From positions 14,361-78,360 of the forward strand of contig CAXKVF010000100.1 of assembly GCA_964057225.1 (NCBI GenBank): a DNA stretch of 64,000 bases, in the 5' to 3' direction. Numbering within the stretch: the stretch's first letter is position 1; the number at the start of each line of letters is the position of its first letter. This document shows, piece after piece, positions 1 through 13,170 of this stretch. Under the pieces are notes generated by a model that saw nothing but the letters and a program-made list of their open reading frames with translations, had not been told where the DNA came from and made no database searches. Source of the stretch: Auanema rhodensis (Eukaryota > Animalia > Nematoda). A program made the position numbers and the translations under genes.

Positions 1-352
1 AATTTCAAAGTCATGGTTACCATGAACCAATATCAATAAAAATTTGTTTTTAGACTAATATGGACATGGGGAATCTAATTTTGAAAACCGCATCTCTTTA
101 TCTTTCACGTGAAGCGAGTTACATACCAAGTGCACATCACGTGTACATTTAATTAGCATAAATTAAAGTTCACGTAAATTTCAAAGTCATGGTTACCATG
201 AACCAATATCAATAAAAATTTGTTTTTAGACTAATATGGACATGGGGAATCTAATTTTGAAAACCGCATCTCTTTATCTTTCACGTGAAGCGAGTTACAT
301 ACCAAGTGCACATCACGTGTACATTTAATTAGCATAAATTAAAGTTCACGTA

Positions 353-3300
353 AATTTCAAAGTCATGGTTACCATGAACCAATATCAATAAAAATTTGTT
401 TTTAGACTAATATGGACATGGGGAATCTAATTTTGAAAACCGCATTTCTTTATCTTTCACGTGAAGCGAGTTACATACCAAGTGCACATCACGTGTACAT
501 TTAATTAGCATAAATTAAAGTTCACGTAAAATTCAAAGTCATGGTTACCATGCACCAATATCAATAAAAATTTGTTTTTAGACTAATATGGACATGGGGA
601 ATCTAATTTTGAAAACCGCATCTCTTTATCTTTCACGTGAAGCGAGTTACATACCAAGTGCACATCACGTGTACATTTAATTAGCATGAATTAAAGTTCA
701 CGTAAAATTCAAAGTCATGGTTACTATGCACCAATATCAATAAAAATTTGTTTTTAGACTAATATGGACATGGGGAATCTAATTTTGAAAACCGCATCTC
801 TTTATTTTTCACGTGAAGCGAGTTACATACCAAGTGCACATCACGTGTACATTTAATTAGCATAAATTAAAGTTCACGTAAACTTCAAAGTCATGGTTAC
901 CATGAAGCAATATCAATAAAAATTTGTTTTTAGACTAATATGGACATGGGGAATCTAATTTTGAAAACCGCATCTCTTTATCTTTCACGTGAAGCGAGTT
1001 ACATACCAAGTGCACATCACGTGTACATTTAATTAGCATAAATTAAAGTTCACGTAAATTTCAAAGTCATGGTTACCATGAACCAATATCAATAAAAATT
1101 TGTTTTTAGACTAATATGGACATGGGGAATCTAATTTTGAAAACCGCATCTCTTTATCTTTCACGTGAAGCGAGTTACATACCAAGTGCACATCACGTGT
1201 ACATTTAATTAGCATAAATTAAAGTTCACGTAAATTTCAAAGTCATGGTTACCATGCACCAATATCAATAAAAATTTGTTTTTAGACTAATATGGACATG
1301 GGGAATCTAATTTTGAAAACCGCATCTCTTTATCTTTCACGTGAAGCGAGTTACATACCAAGTGCACATCACGTGTACATTTAATTAGCATAAATTAAAG
1401 TTCACGTAAACTTCAAAGTCATGGTTACCATGAAGCAATATCAATAAAAATTTGTTTTTAGACTAATATGGACATGGGGAATCTAATTTTGAAAACCGCA
1501 TCTCTTTATCTTTCACGTGAAGCGAGTTACATACCAAGTGCACATCACGTGTACATTTAATTAGCATAAATTAAAGTTCACGTAAATTTCAAAGTCATGG
1601 TTACCATGAACCAATATCAATAAAAATTTGTTTTTAGACTAATATGGACATGGGGAATCTAATTTTGAAAACCGCATCTCTTTATCTTTCACGTGAAGCG
1701 AGTTACATACCAAGTGCACATCACGTGTACATTTAATTAGCATAAATTAAAGTTCACGTAAATTTCAAAGTCATGGTTACCATGAACCAATATCAATAAA
1801 AATTTGTTTTTAGACTAATATGGACATGGGGAATCTAATTTTGAAAACCGCATCTCTTTATCTTTCACGTGAAGCGAGTTACATACCAAGTGCACATCAC
1901 GTGTACATTTAATTAGCATAAATTAAAGTTCACGTAAATTTCAAAGTCATGGTTACCATGAACCAATATCAATAAAAATTTGTTTTTAGACTAATATGGA
2001 CATGGGGAATCTAATTTTGAAAACCGCATCTCTTTATCTTTCACGTGAAGCGAGTTACATACCAAGTGCACATCACGTGTACATTTAATTAGCATAAATT
2101 AAAGTTCACGTAAATTTCAAAGTCATGGTTACCATGAACCAATATCAATAAAAATTTGTTTTTAGACTAATATGGACATGGGGAATCTAATTTTGAAAAC
2201 CGCATTTCTTTATCTTTCACGTGAAGCGAGTTACATACCAAGTGCACATCACGTGTACATTTAATTAGCATAAATTAAAGTTCACGTAAAATTCAAAGTC
2301 ATGGTTACCATGCACCAATATCAATAAAAATTTGTTTTTAGACTAATATGGACATGGGGAATCTAATTTTGAAAACCGCATCTCTTTATCTTTCACGTGA
2401 AGCGAGTTACATACCAAGTGCACATCACGTGTACATTTAATTAGCATGAATTAAAGTTCACGTAAAATTCAAAGTCATGGTTACTATGCACCAATATCAA
2501 TAAAAATTTGTTTTTAGACTAATATGGACATGGGGAATCTAATTTTGAAAACCGCATCTCTTTATCTTTCACGTGAAGCGAGTTACATACCAAGTGCACA
2601 TCACGTGTACATTTAATTAGCATAAATTAAAGTTCACGTAAACTTCAAAGTCATGGTTACCATGAAGCAATGTCAATAAAAATTTGTTTTTAGACTAATA
2701 TGGACATGGGGAATCTAATTTTGAAAACCGCATCTCTTTATCTTTCACGTGAAGCGAGTTACATACCAAGTGCACATCACGTGTACATTTAATTAGCATA
2801 AATTAAAGTTCACGTAAATTTCAAAGTCATGGTTACCATGAACCAATATCAATAAAAATTTGTTTTTAGACTAATATGGACATGGGGAATCTAATTTTGA
2901 AAACCGTATCTCTTTATCTTTCACGTGAAGCGAGTTACATACCAAGTGCACATCACGTGTACATTTAATTAGCATAAATTAAAGTTCACGTAAATTTCAA
3001 AGTCATGGTTACCATGAACCAATATCAATAAAAATTTGTTTTTAGACTAATATGGACATGGGGAATCTAATTTTGAAAACCGCATCTCTTTATCTTTCAC
3101 GTGAAGCGAGTTACATACCAAGTGCACATCACGTGTACATTTAATTAGCATAAATTAAAGTTCACGTAAATTTCAAAGTCATGGTTACCATGAACCAATA
3201 TCAATAAAAATTTGTTTTTAGACTAATATGGACATGGGGAATCTAATTTTGAAAACCGCATCTCTTTATCTTTCACGTGAAGCGAGTTACATACCAAGTG

Positions 3301-4050
3301 CACATCACGTGTACATTTAATTAGCATAAATTAAAGTTCACGTAAATTTCAAAGTCATGGTTACCATGAACCAATATCAATAAAAATTTGTTTTTAGACT
3401 AATATGGACATGGGGAATCTAATTTTGAAAACCGCATTTCTTTATCTTTCACGTGAAGCGAGTTACATACCAAGTGCACATCACGTGTACATTTAATTAG
3501 CATAAATTAAAGTTCACGTAAAATTCAAAGTCATGGTTACCATGCACCAATATCAATAAAAATTTGTTTTTAGACTAATATGGACATGGGGAATCTAATT
3601 TTGAAAACCGCATCTCTTTATCTTTCACGTGAAGCGAGTTACATACCAAGTGCACATCACGTGTACATTTAATTAGCATGAATTAAAGTTCACGTAAAAT
3701 TCAAAGTCATGGTTACTATGCACCAATATCAATAAAAATTTGTTTTTAGACTAATATGGACATGGGGAATCTAATTTTGAAAACCGCATCTCTTTATCTT
3801 TCACGTGAAGCGAGTTACATACCAAGTGCACATCACGTGTACATTTAATTAGCATAAATTAAAGTTCACGTAAACTTCAAAGTCATGGTTACCATGAAGC
3901 AATATCAATAAAAATTTGTTTTTAGACTAATATGGACATGGGGAATCTAATTTTGAAAACCGCATCTCTTTATCTTTCACGTGAAGCGAGTTACATACCA
4001 AGTGCACATCACGTGTACATTTAATTAGCATAAATTAAAGTTCACGTAAA
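353..4050 (+). repeat. Marked 4-monomer cassette repeated three times at 10- and 7-monomer spacing
   Basis: Linked variants GCATTTC / AAAATTC+GCACC / AGCATGAA / TTACTATG / AACTTC+GAAGC start at 446, 2206 (+1760) and 3438 (+1232); a diverged copy starts at 10654 (+41 monomers). Confidence 0.85.
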
Positions 4051-5176
4051 TTTCAAAGTCATGGTTACCATGAACCAATATCAATAAAAATTTGTTTTTA
4101 GACTAATATGGACATGGGGAATCTAATTTTGAAAACCGCATCTCTTTATCTTTCACGTGAAGCGAGTTACATACCAAGTGCACATCACGTGTACATTTAA
4201 TTAGCATAAATTAAAGTTCACGTAAATTTCAAAGTCATGGTTACCATGCACCAATATCAATAAAAATTTGTTTTTAGACTAATATGGACATGGGGAATCT
4301 AATTTTGAAAACCGCATCTCTTTATCTTTCACGTGAAGCGAGTTACATACCAAGTGCACATCACGTGTACATTTAATTAGCATAAATTAAAGTTCACGTA
4401 AATTTCAAAGTCATGGTTACCATGAACCAATATCAATAAAAATTTGTTTTTAGACTAATATGGACATGGGGAATCTAATTTTGAAAACCGCATCTCTTTA
4501 TCTTTCACGTGAAGCGAGTTACATACCAAGTGCACATCACGTGTACATTTAATTAGCATAAATTAAAGTTCACGTAAATTTCAAAGTCATGGTTACCATG
4601 CACCAATATCAATAAAAATTTGTTTTTAGACTGATATGGACATGGGGAATCTAATTTTGAAAACCGCATCTCTTTATCTTTCACGTGAAGCGAGTTACAT
4701 ACCAAGTGCACATCACGTGTACATTTAATTAGCATAAATTAAAGTTCACGTAAATTTCAAAGTCATGGTTACCATGAACCAATATCAATAAAAATTTGTT
4801 TTTAGACTAATATGGACATGGGGAATCTAATTTTGAAAACCGCATCTCTTTATCTTTCACGTGAAGCGAGTTACATACCAAGTGCACATCACGTGTACAT
4901 TTAATTAGCATAAATTAAAGTTCACGTAAACTTCAAAGTCATGGTTACCATGAAGCAATATCAATAAAAATTTGTTTTTAGACTAATATGGACATGAGGA
5001 ATCTAATTTTAAAAACCGCATCTCTTTATCTTTCACGTGAAGCGAGTTACATACCAAGTGCACATCACGTGTACATTTAATTAGCATAAATTAAAGTTCA
5101 CGTAAATTTCAAAGTCATGGTTACCATGAACCAATATCAATAAAAATTTGTTTTTAGACTAATATGGACATGGGGA

Positions 5177-8100
5177 ATCTAATTTTGAAAACCGCATCTC
5201 TTTATCTTTCACGTGAAGCGAGTTACATACCAAGTGCACATCACGTGTACATTTAATTAGCATAAATTAAAGTTCACGTAAATTTCAAAGTCATGGTTAC
5301 CATGAACCAATATCAATAAAAATTTGTTTTTAGACTAATATGGACATGGGAAATCTAATTTTGAAAACCGCATCTCTTTATCTTTCACGTGAAGCGAGTT
5401 ACATACCAAGTGCACATCACGTGTACATTTAATTAGCATAAATTAAAGTTCACGTAAACTTCAAAGTCATGGTTACCATGAAGCAATATCAATAAAAATT
5501 TGTTTTTAGACTAATATGGACATGAGGAATCTAATTTTGAAAACCGCATCTCTTTATCTTTCACGTGAAGCGAGTTACATACCAAGTGCACATCACGTGT
5601 ACATTTAATTAGCATAAATTAAAGTTCACGTAAATTTCAAAGTCATGGTTACCATGAACCAATATCAATAAAAATTTGTTTTTAGACTAATATGGACATG
5701 GGGAATCTAATTTTGAAAACCGCATCTCTTTATCTTTCACGTGAAGCGAGTTACATACCAAGTGCACATCACGTGTACATTCAATTAGCATAAATTAGAG
5801 TTCACGTAAATTTCAAAGTCATGGTTACCATGCACCAATATCAATAAAAATTTGTTTTTAGACTAATATGGACATGGGGAATCTAATTTTGAAAACCGCA
5901 TCTCTTTATCTTTCACGTGAAGCGAGTTACATACCAAGTGCACATCACGTGTACATTTAATTAGCATAAATTAATGTTCACGTAAATTTCAAAGTCATGG
6001 TTACCATGAACCAATATCAATAAAAATTTGTTTTTAGACTAATATGGACATGGGGAATCTAATTTTGAAAACCGCATCTCTTTATCTTTCACGTGAAGCG
6101 AGTTACATACCAAGTGCACATCACGTGTACATTTAATTAGCATAAATTAAAGTTCACGTAAATTTCAAAGTCATGGTTACCATGAACCAATATCAATAAA
6201 AATTTGTTTTTAGACTAATATGGACATGGGGAATCTAATTTTGAAAACCGCATCTCTTTATCTTTCACGTGAAGCGAGTTACATACCAAGTGCACATCAC
6301 GTGTACATTTAATTAGCATAAATTAAAGTTCACGTAAATTTCAAAGTCATGGTTACCATGAACCAATATCAATAAAAATTTGTTTTTAGACTAATATGGA
6401 CATGGGGAATCTAATTTTAAAAACCGCATCTCTTTATCTTTCACGTGAAGCGAGTTACATACCAAGTGCACATCACGTGTACATTTAATTAGCATAAATT
6501 AAAGTTCACGTAAATTTCAAAGTCATGGTTACCATGAACCAATATCAATAAAAATTTGTTTTTAGACTAATATGGACATGGGGAATCTAATTTTGAAAAC
6601 CGCATCTCTTTATCTTTCACGTGAAGCGAGTTACATACCAAGTGCACATCACGTGTACATTTAATTAGCATAAATTAAAGTTCACGTAAATTTCAAAGTC
6701 ATGGTTACCATGAACCAATATCAATAAAAATTTGTTTTTAGACTAATATGGACATGGGGAATCTAATTTTGAAAACCGCATCTCTTTATCTTTCACGTGA
6801 AGCGAGTTACATACCAAGTGCACATCACGTGTACATTTAATTAGCATAAATTAAAGTTCACGTAAACTTCAAAGTCATGGTTACCATGAAGCAATATCAA
6901 TAAAAATTTGTTTTTAGACTAATATGGACATGGGGCATCTAATTTTGAAAACCGCATCTCTTTATCTTTCACGTGAAGCGAGTTACATACCAAGTGCACA
7001 TCACGTGTACATTTAATTAGCATAAATTAAAGTTCACGTAAATTTCAAAGTCATGGTTACCATGAACCAATATCAATAAAAATTTGTTTTTAGACTAATA
7101 TGGACATGGGAAATCTAATTTTGAAAACCGCATCTCTTTATCTTTCACGTGAAGCGAGTTACATACCAAGTGCACATCACGTGTACATTTAATTAGCATA
7201 AATTAAAGTTCACGTAAACTTCAAAGTCATGGTTACCATGAAGCAATATCAATAAAAATTTGTTTTTAGACTAATATGGACATGAGGAATCTAATTTTGA
7301 AAACCGCATCTCTTTATCTTTCACGTGAAGCGAGTTACATACCAAGTGCACATCACGTGTACATTTAATTAGCATAAATTAAAGTTCACGTAAACTTCAA
7401 AGTCATGGTTACCATGAAGCAATATCAATAAAAATTTGTTTTTAGACTAATATGGACATGAGGAATCTAATTTTGAAAACCGCATCTCTTTATCTTTCAC
7501 GTGAAGCGAGTTACATACCAAGTGCACATCACGTGTACATTTAATTAGCATAAATTAAAGTTCACGTAAATTTCAAAGTCATGGTTACCATGAACCAATA
7601 TCAATAAAAATTTGTTTTTAGACTAATATGGACATGGGGAATCTAATTTTGAAAACCGCATCTCTTTATCTTTCACGTGAAGCGAGTTACATACCAAGTG
7701 CACATCACGTGTACATTTAATTAGCATAAATTAAAGTTCACGTAAATTTCAAAGTCATGGTTACCATGAACCAATATCAATAAAAATTTGTTTTTAGACT
7801 AATATGGACATGGGGAATCTAATTTTGAAAACCGCATCTCTTTATCTTTCACGTGAAGCGAGTTACATACCAAGTGCACATCACGTGTACATTTAATTAG
7901 CATAAATTAATGTTCACGTAAATTTCAAAGTCATGGTTACCATGAACCAATATCAATAAAAATTTGTTTTTAGACTAATATGGACATGGGGCATCTAATT
8001 TTGAAAACCGCATCTCTTTATCTTTCACGTGAAGCGAGTTACATACCAAGTGCACATCACGTGTACATTTAATTAGCATAAATTAAAGTTCACGTAAATT

Positions 8101-9670
8101 TCAAAGTCATGGTTACCATGAACCAATATCAATAAAAATTTGTTTTTAGACTAATATGGACATGGGAAATCTAATTTTGAAAACCGCATCTCTTTATCTT
8201 TCACGTGAAGCGAGTTACATACCAAGTGCACATCACGTGTACATTTAATTAGCATAAATTAAAGTTCACGTAAACTTCAAAGTCATGGTTACCATGAAGC
8301 AATATCAATAAAAATTTGTTTTTAGACTAATATGGACATGAGGAATCTAATTTTGAAAACCGCATCTCTTTATCTTTCACGTGAAGCGAGTTACATACCA
8401 AGTGCACATCACGTGTACATTTAATTAGCATAAATTAAAGTTCACGTAAATTTCAAAGTCATGGTTACCATGAACCAATATCAATAAAAATTTGTTTTTA
8501 GACTAATATGGACATGGGGAATCTAATTTTGAAAACCGCATCTCTTTATCTTTCACGTGAAGCGAGTTACATACCAAGTGCACATCACGTGTACATTCAA
8601 TTAGCATAAATTAGAGTTCACGTAAATTTCAAAGTCATGGTTACCATGCACCAATATCAATAAAAATTTGTTTTTAGACTAATATGGACATGGGGAATCT
8701 AATTTTGAAAACCGCATCTCTTTATCTTTCACGTGAAGCGAGTTACATACCAAGTGCACATCACGTGTACATTTAATTAGCATAAATTAATGTTCACGTA
8801 AATTTCAAAGTCATGGTTACCATGAACCAATATCAATAAAAATTTGTTTTTAGACTAATATGGACATGGGGAATCTAATTTTGAAAACCGCATCTCTTTA
8901 TCTTTCACGTGAAGCGAGTTACATACCAAGTGCACATCACGTGTACATTTAATTAGCATAAATTAAAGTTCACGTAAATTTCAAAGTCATGGTTACCATG
9001 AACCAATATCAATAAAAATTTGTTTTTAGACTAATATGGACATGGGGAATCTAATTTTGAAAACCGCATCTCTTTATCTTTCACGTGAAGCGAGTTACAT
9101 ACCAAGTGCACATCACGTGTACATTTAATTAGCATAAATTAAAGTTCACGTAAATTTCAAAGTCATGGTTACCATGAACCAATATCAATAAAAATTTGTT
9201 TTTAGACTAATATGGACATGGGGAATCTAATTTTAAAAACCGCATCTCTTTATCTTTCACGTGAAGCGAGTTACATACCAAGTGCACATCACGTGTACAT
9301 TTAATTAGCATAAATTAAAGTTCACGTAAATTTCAAAGTCATGGTTACCATGAACCAATATCAATAAAAATTTGTTTTTAGACTAATATGGACATGGGGA
9401 ATCTAATTTTGAAAACCGCATCTCTTTATCTTTCACGTGAAGCGAGTTACATACCAAGTGCACATCACGTGTACATTTAATTAGCATAAATTAAAGTTCA
9501 CGTAAATTTCAAAGTCATGGTTACCATGAACCAATATCAATAAAAATTTGTTTTTAGACTAATATGGACATGGGGAATCTAATTTTGAAAACCGCATCTC
9601 TTTATCTTTCACGTGAAGCGAGTTACATACCAAGTGCACATCACGTGTACATTTAATTAGCATAAATTAA
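5177..9670 (+). repeat. Block duplication, 16-monomer offset (about 5177..6854 vs 7993..9670)
   Basis: Rare variants at 5351/8167, 5782/8598 and 6419/9235 all offset by 2816 = 16x176. Confidence 0.85.
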
Positions 9671-12600
9671 TGTTCACGTAAATTTCAAAGTCATGGTTAC
9701 CATGAACCAATATCAATAAAAATTTGTTTTTAGACTAATATGGACATGGGGCATCTATTTTTGAAAACCGCATCTCTTTATCTTTCACGTGAAGCGAGTT
9801 ACATACCAAGTGCACATCACGTGTACATTTAATTAGCATAAATTAAAGTTCACGTAAATTTCAAAGTCATGGTTACCATGAACCAATATCAATAAAAATT
9901 TGTTTTTAGACTAATATGGACATGGGGAATCTAATTTTGAAAACCGCATCTCATTATCTTTCACGTGAAGCGAGTTACATACCAAGTGCACATCACGTGT
10001 ACATTCAATTAGCATAAATTAAAGTTCACGTAAATTTCAAAGTCATGGTTACCATGCACCAATATCAATAAAAATTTGTTTTTAGACTAATATGGACATG
10101 GGGAATCTAATTTTGAAAACCGCATCTCTTTATCTTTCACGTGAAGCGAGTTACATACCAAGTGCACATCACGTGTACATTTAATTAGCATAAATTAATG
10201 TTCACGTAAATTTCAAAGTCATGGTTACCATGAACCAATATCAATAAAAATTTGTTTTTAGACTAATATGGACATGGGGCATCTAATTTTGAAAACCGCA
10301 TCTCTTTATCTTTCACGTGAAGCGAGTTACATACCAAGTGCACATCACGTGTACATTTAATTAGCATAAATTAAAGTTCACGTAAATTTCAAAGTCATGG
10401 TTACCATGAACCAATATCAATAAAAATTTGTTTTTAGACTAATATGGACATGGGGAATCTAATTTTGCAAACCGCATCTCTTTATCTTTCACGTGAAGCG
10501 AGTTACATACCAAGTGCACATCACGTGTACATTTAATTAGCATAAATTAAAGTTCACGTAAATTTCAAAGTCATGGTTACCATGAACCAATATCAATAAA
10601 AATTTGTTTTTAGACTAATATGGACATGGGGAATCTAATTTTGAAAACCGCATTTCTTTATCTTTCACGTGAAGCGAGTTACATACCAAGTGCACATCAC
10701 GTGTACATTTAATTAGCATAAATTAAAGTTCACGTAAAATTCAAAGTCATGGTTACCATGCACCAATATCAATAAAAATTTGTTTTTAGACTAATATGGA
10801 CATGGGAAATCTAATTTTGAAAACCGCATCTCTTTATCTTTCACGTGAAGCGAGTTACATACCAAGTGCACATCACGTGTACATTTAATTAGCTTAAATT
10901 AAAGTTCACGTAAAATTCAAAGTCATGGTTGCCATGCACCAATATCAATAAAAATTTGTTTTTAGACTAATATGGACATGGGGAATCTAATTTTGAAAAC
11001 CGCATCTCTTTATCTTTCACGTGAAGCGAGTTACATACCAAGTGCACATCACGTGTACATTTAATTAGCATAAATTAAAGTTCACGTAAACTTCAAAGTC
11101 ATGGTTACCATGAAGCAATATCAATAAAAATTTGTTTTTAGACTAATATGGACATGGGGAATCTAATTTTGAAAACCGCATCTCTTTATCTTTCACGTGA
11201 AGCGAGTTACATACCAAGTGCACATCACGTGTACATTTAATTAGCATAAATTAAAGTTCACGTAAATTTCAAAGTCATGGTTACCATGAAGCAATATCAA
11301 TAAAAATTTGTTTTTAGACTAATATGGACATGGGGAATCTAATTTTGAAAACCGCATCTCTTTATCTTTCACGTGAAGCGAGTTACATACCAAGTGCACA
11401 TCACGTGTACATTTAATTAGCATAAATTAAAGTTCACGTAAACTTCAAAGTCATGGTTACCATGAAGCAATATCAATAAAAATTTGTTTTTAGACTAATA
11501 TGGACATGGGGAATCTAATTTTGAAAACCGCATCTCTTTATCTTTCACGTGAAGCGAGTTACATACCAAGTGCACATCACGTGTACATTTAATTAGCATA
11601 AATTAAAGTTCACGTAAACTTCAAAGTCATGGTTACCATGAAGCAATATCAATAAAAATTTGTTTTTAGACTAATATGGACATGGGGAATCTAATTTTGA
11701 AAACCGCATCTCTTTATCTTTCACGTGAAGCGAGTTACATACCAAGTGCACATCACGTGTACATTTAATTAGCATAAATTAAAGTTCACGTAAATTTCAA
11801 AGTCATGGTTACCATGAACCAATATCAATAAAAATTTGTTTTTAGACTAATATGGACATGGGGAATCTAATTTTGAAAACCGCATCTCTTTATCTTTCAC
11901 GTGAAGCGAGTTACATACCAAGTGCACATCACGTGTACATTCAATTAGCATAAATTAAAGTTCACGTAAATTTCAAAGTCATGGTTACCATGCACCAATA
12001 TCAATAAAAATTTGTTTTTAGACTAATATGGACATGGGAAATCTAATTTTGAAAACCGCATCTCTTTATCTTTCACGTGAAGCGAGTTACATACCAAGAG
12101 CACATCACGTGTACATTTAATTAGCATAAATTAATGTTCACGTAAATTTCAAAGTCATGGTTACCATGAACCAATATCAATAAAAATTTGTTTTTAGACT
12201 AATATGGACATGGGGCATCTAATTTTGAAAACCGCATCTCTTTATCTTTCACGTGAAGCGAGTTACATACCAAGTGCACATCACGTGTACATTTAATTAG
12301 CATAAATTAAAGTTCACGTAAATTTCAAAGTCATGGTTACCATGAACCAATATCAATAAAAATTTGTTTTTAGACTAATATGGACATGGGGAATCTAATT
12401 TTGAAAACCGCATCTCTTTATCTTTCACGTGAAGCGAGTTACATACCAAGTGCACATCACGTGTACATTTAATTAGCATAAATTAAAGTTCACGTAAATT
12501 TCAAAGTCATGGTTACCATGAACCAATATCAATAAAAATTTGTTTTTAGACTAATATGGACATGGGGAATCTAATTTTGAAAACCGCATCTCTTTATCTT

Positions 12601-13134
12601 TCACGTGAAGCGAGTTACATACCAAGTGCACATCACGTGTACATTTAATTAGCATAAATTAAAGTTCACGTTAATTTCAAAGTCATGGTTACCATGAACC
12701 AATATCAATAAAAATTTGTTTTTAGACTAATATGGACATGGGGAATCTAATTTTGAAAACCGCATCTCTTTATCTTTCACGTGAAGCGAGTTACATACCA
12801 AGTGCACATCACGTGTACATTTAATTAGCATAAATTAAAGTTCACGTAAATTTCAAAGTCATGGTTACCATGAAGCAATATCAATAAAAATTTGTTTTTA
12901 GACTAATATGGACATGGGGAATCTAATTTTGAAAACCGCATCTCTTTATCTTTCACGTGAAGCGAGTTACATACCAAGTGCACATCACGTGTACATTTAA
13001 TTAGCATAAATTAAAGTTCACGTAAACTTCAAAGTCATGGTTACCATGAAGCAATATCAATAAAAATTTGTTTTTAGACTAATATGGACATGGGGAATCT
13101 AATTTTGAAAACCGCATCTCTTTATCTTTCACGT

Positions 13135-13170
13135 GAAGCGAGTTACATACCAGAAGCGAGTTACATACCA
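13135..13170 (+). repeat. 18-bp intra-monomer tandem duplication (194-bp monomer), single occurrence
   Basis: GAAGCGAGTTACATACCA at 13135..13152 and 13153..13170 (monomer positions 111-128). Confidence 0.95.

Noticed and set aside
35-40. AATAAA as a polyadenylation signal, and E-boxes as a gene promoter
   Set aside because: No associated transcription unit; such motifs arise readily in AT-rich repeats.
1-176. Assignment to a known 170-180 bp satellite (primate alpha satellite, Arabidopsis CEN178, Brassica CentBr) or a CENP-B box
   Set aside because: Only the length is similar; I see no sequence resemblance, no AAGCTT site and no TTCG-N4-A-N2-CGGG motif in the consensus. A database search is needed.
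1-176. Tandem 5S rRNA, tRNA, snRNA or spliced-leader gene array
   Set aside because: No recognisable conserved RNA gene sequence, Pol III A/B/C boxes or cloverleaf in the unit.
4553-4735. 60-aa ORF (minus strand) as a CDS
   Set aside because: It is one satellite monomer with a single substitution removing the consensus stop; no recognisable domain or gene context.
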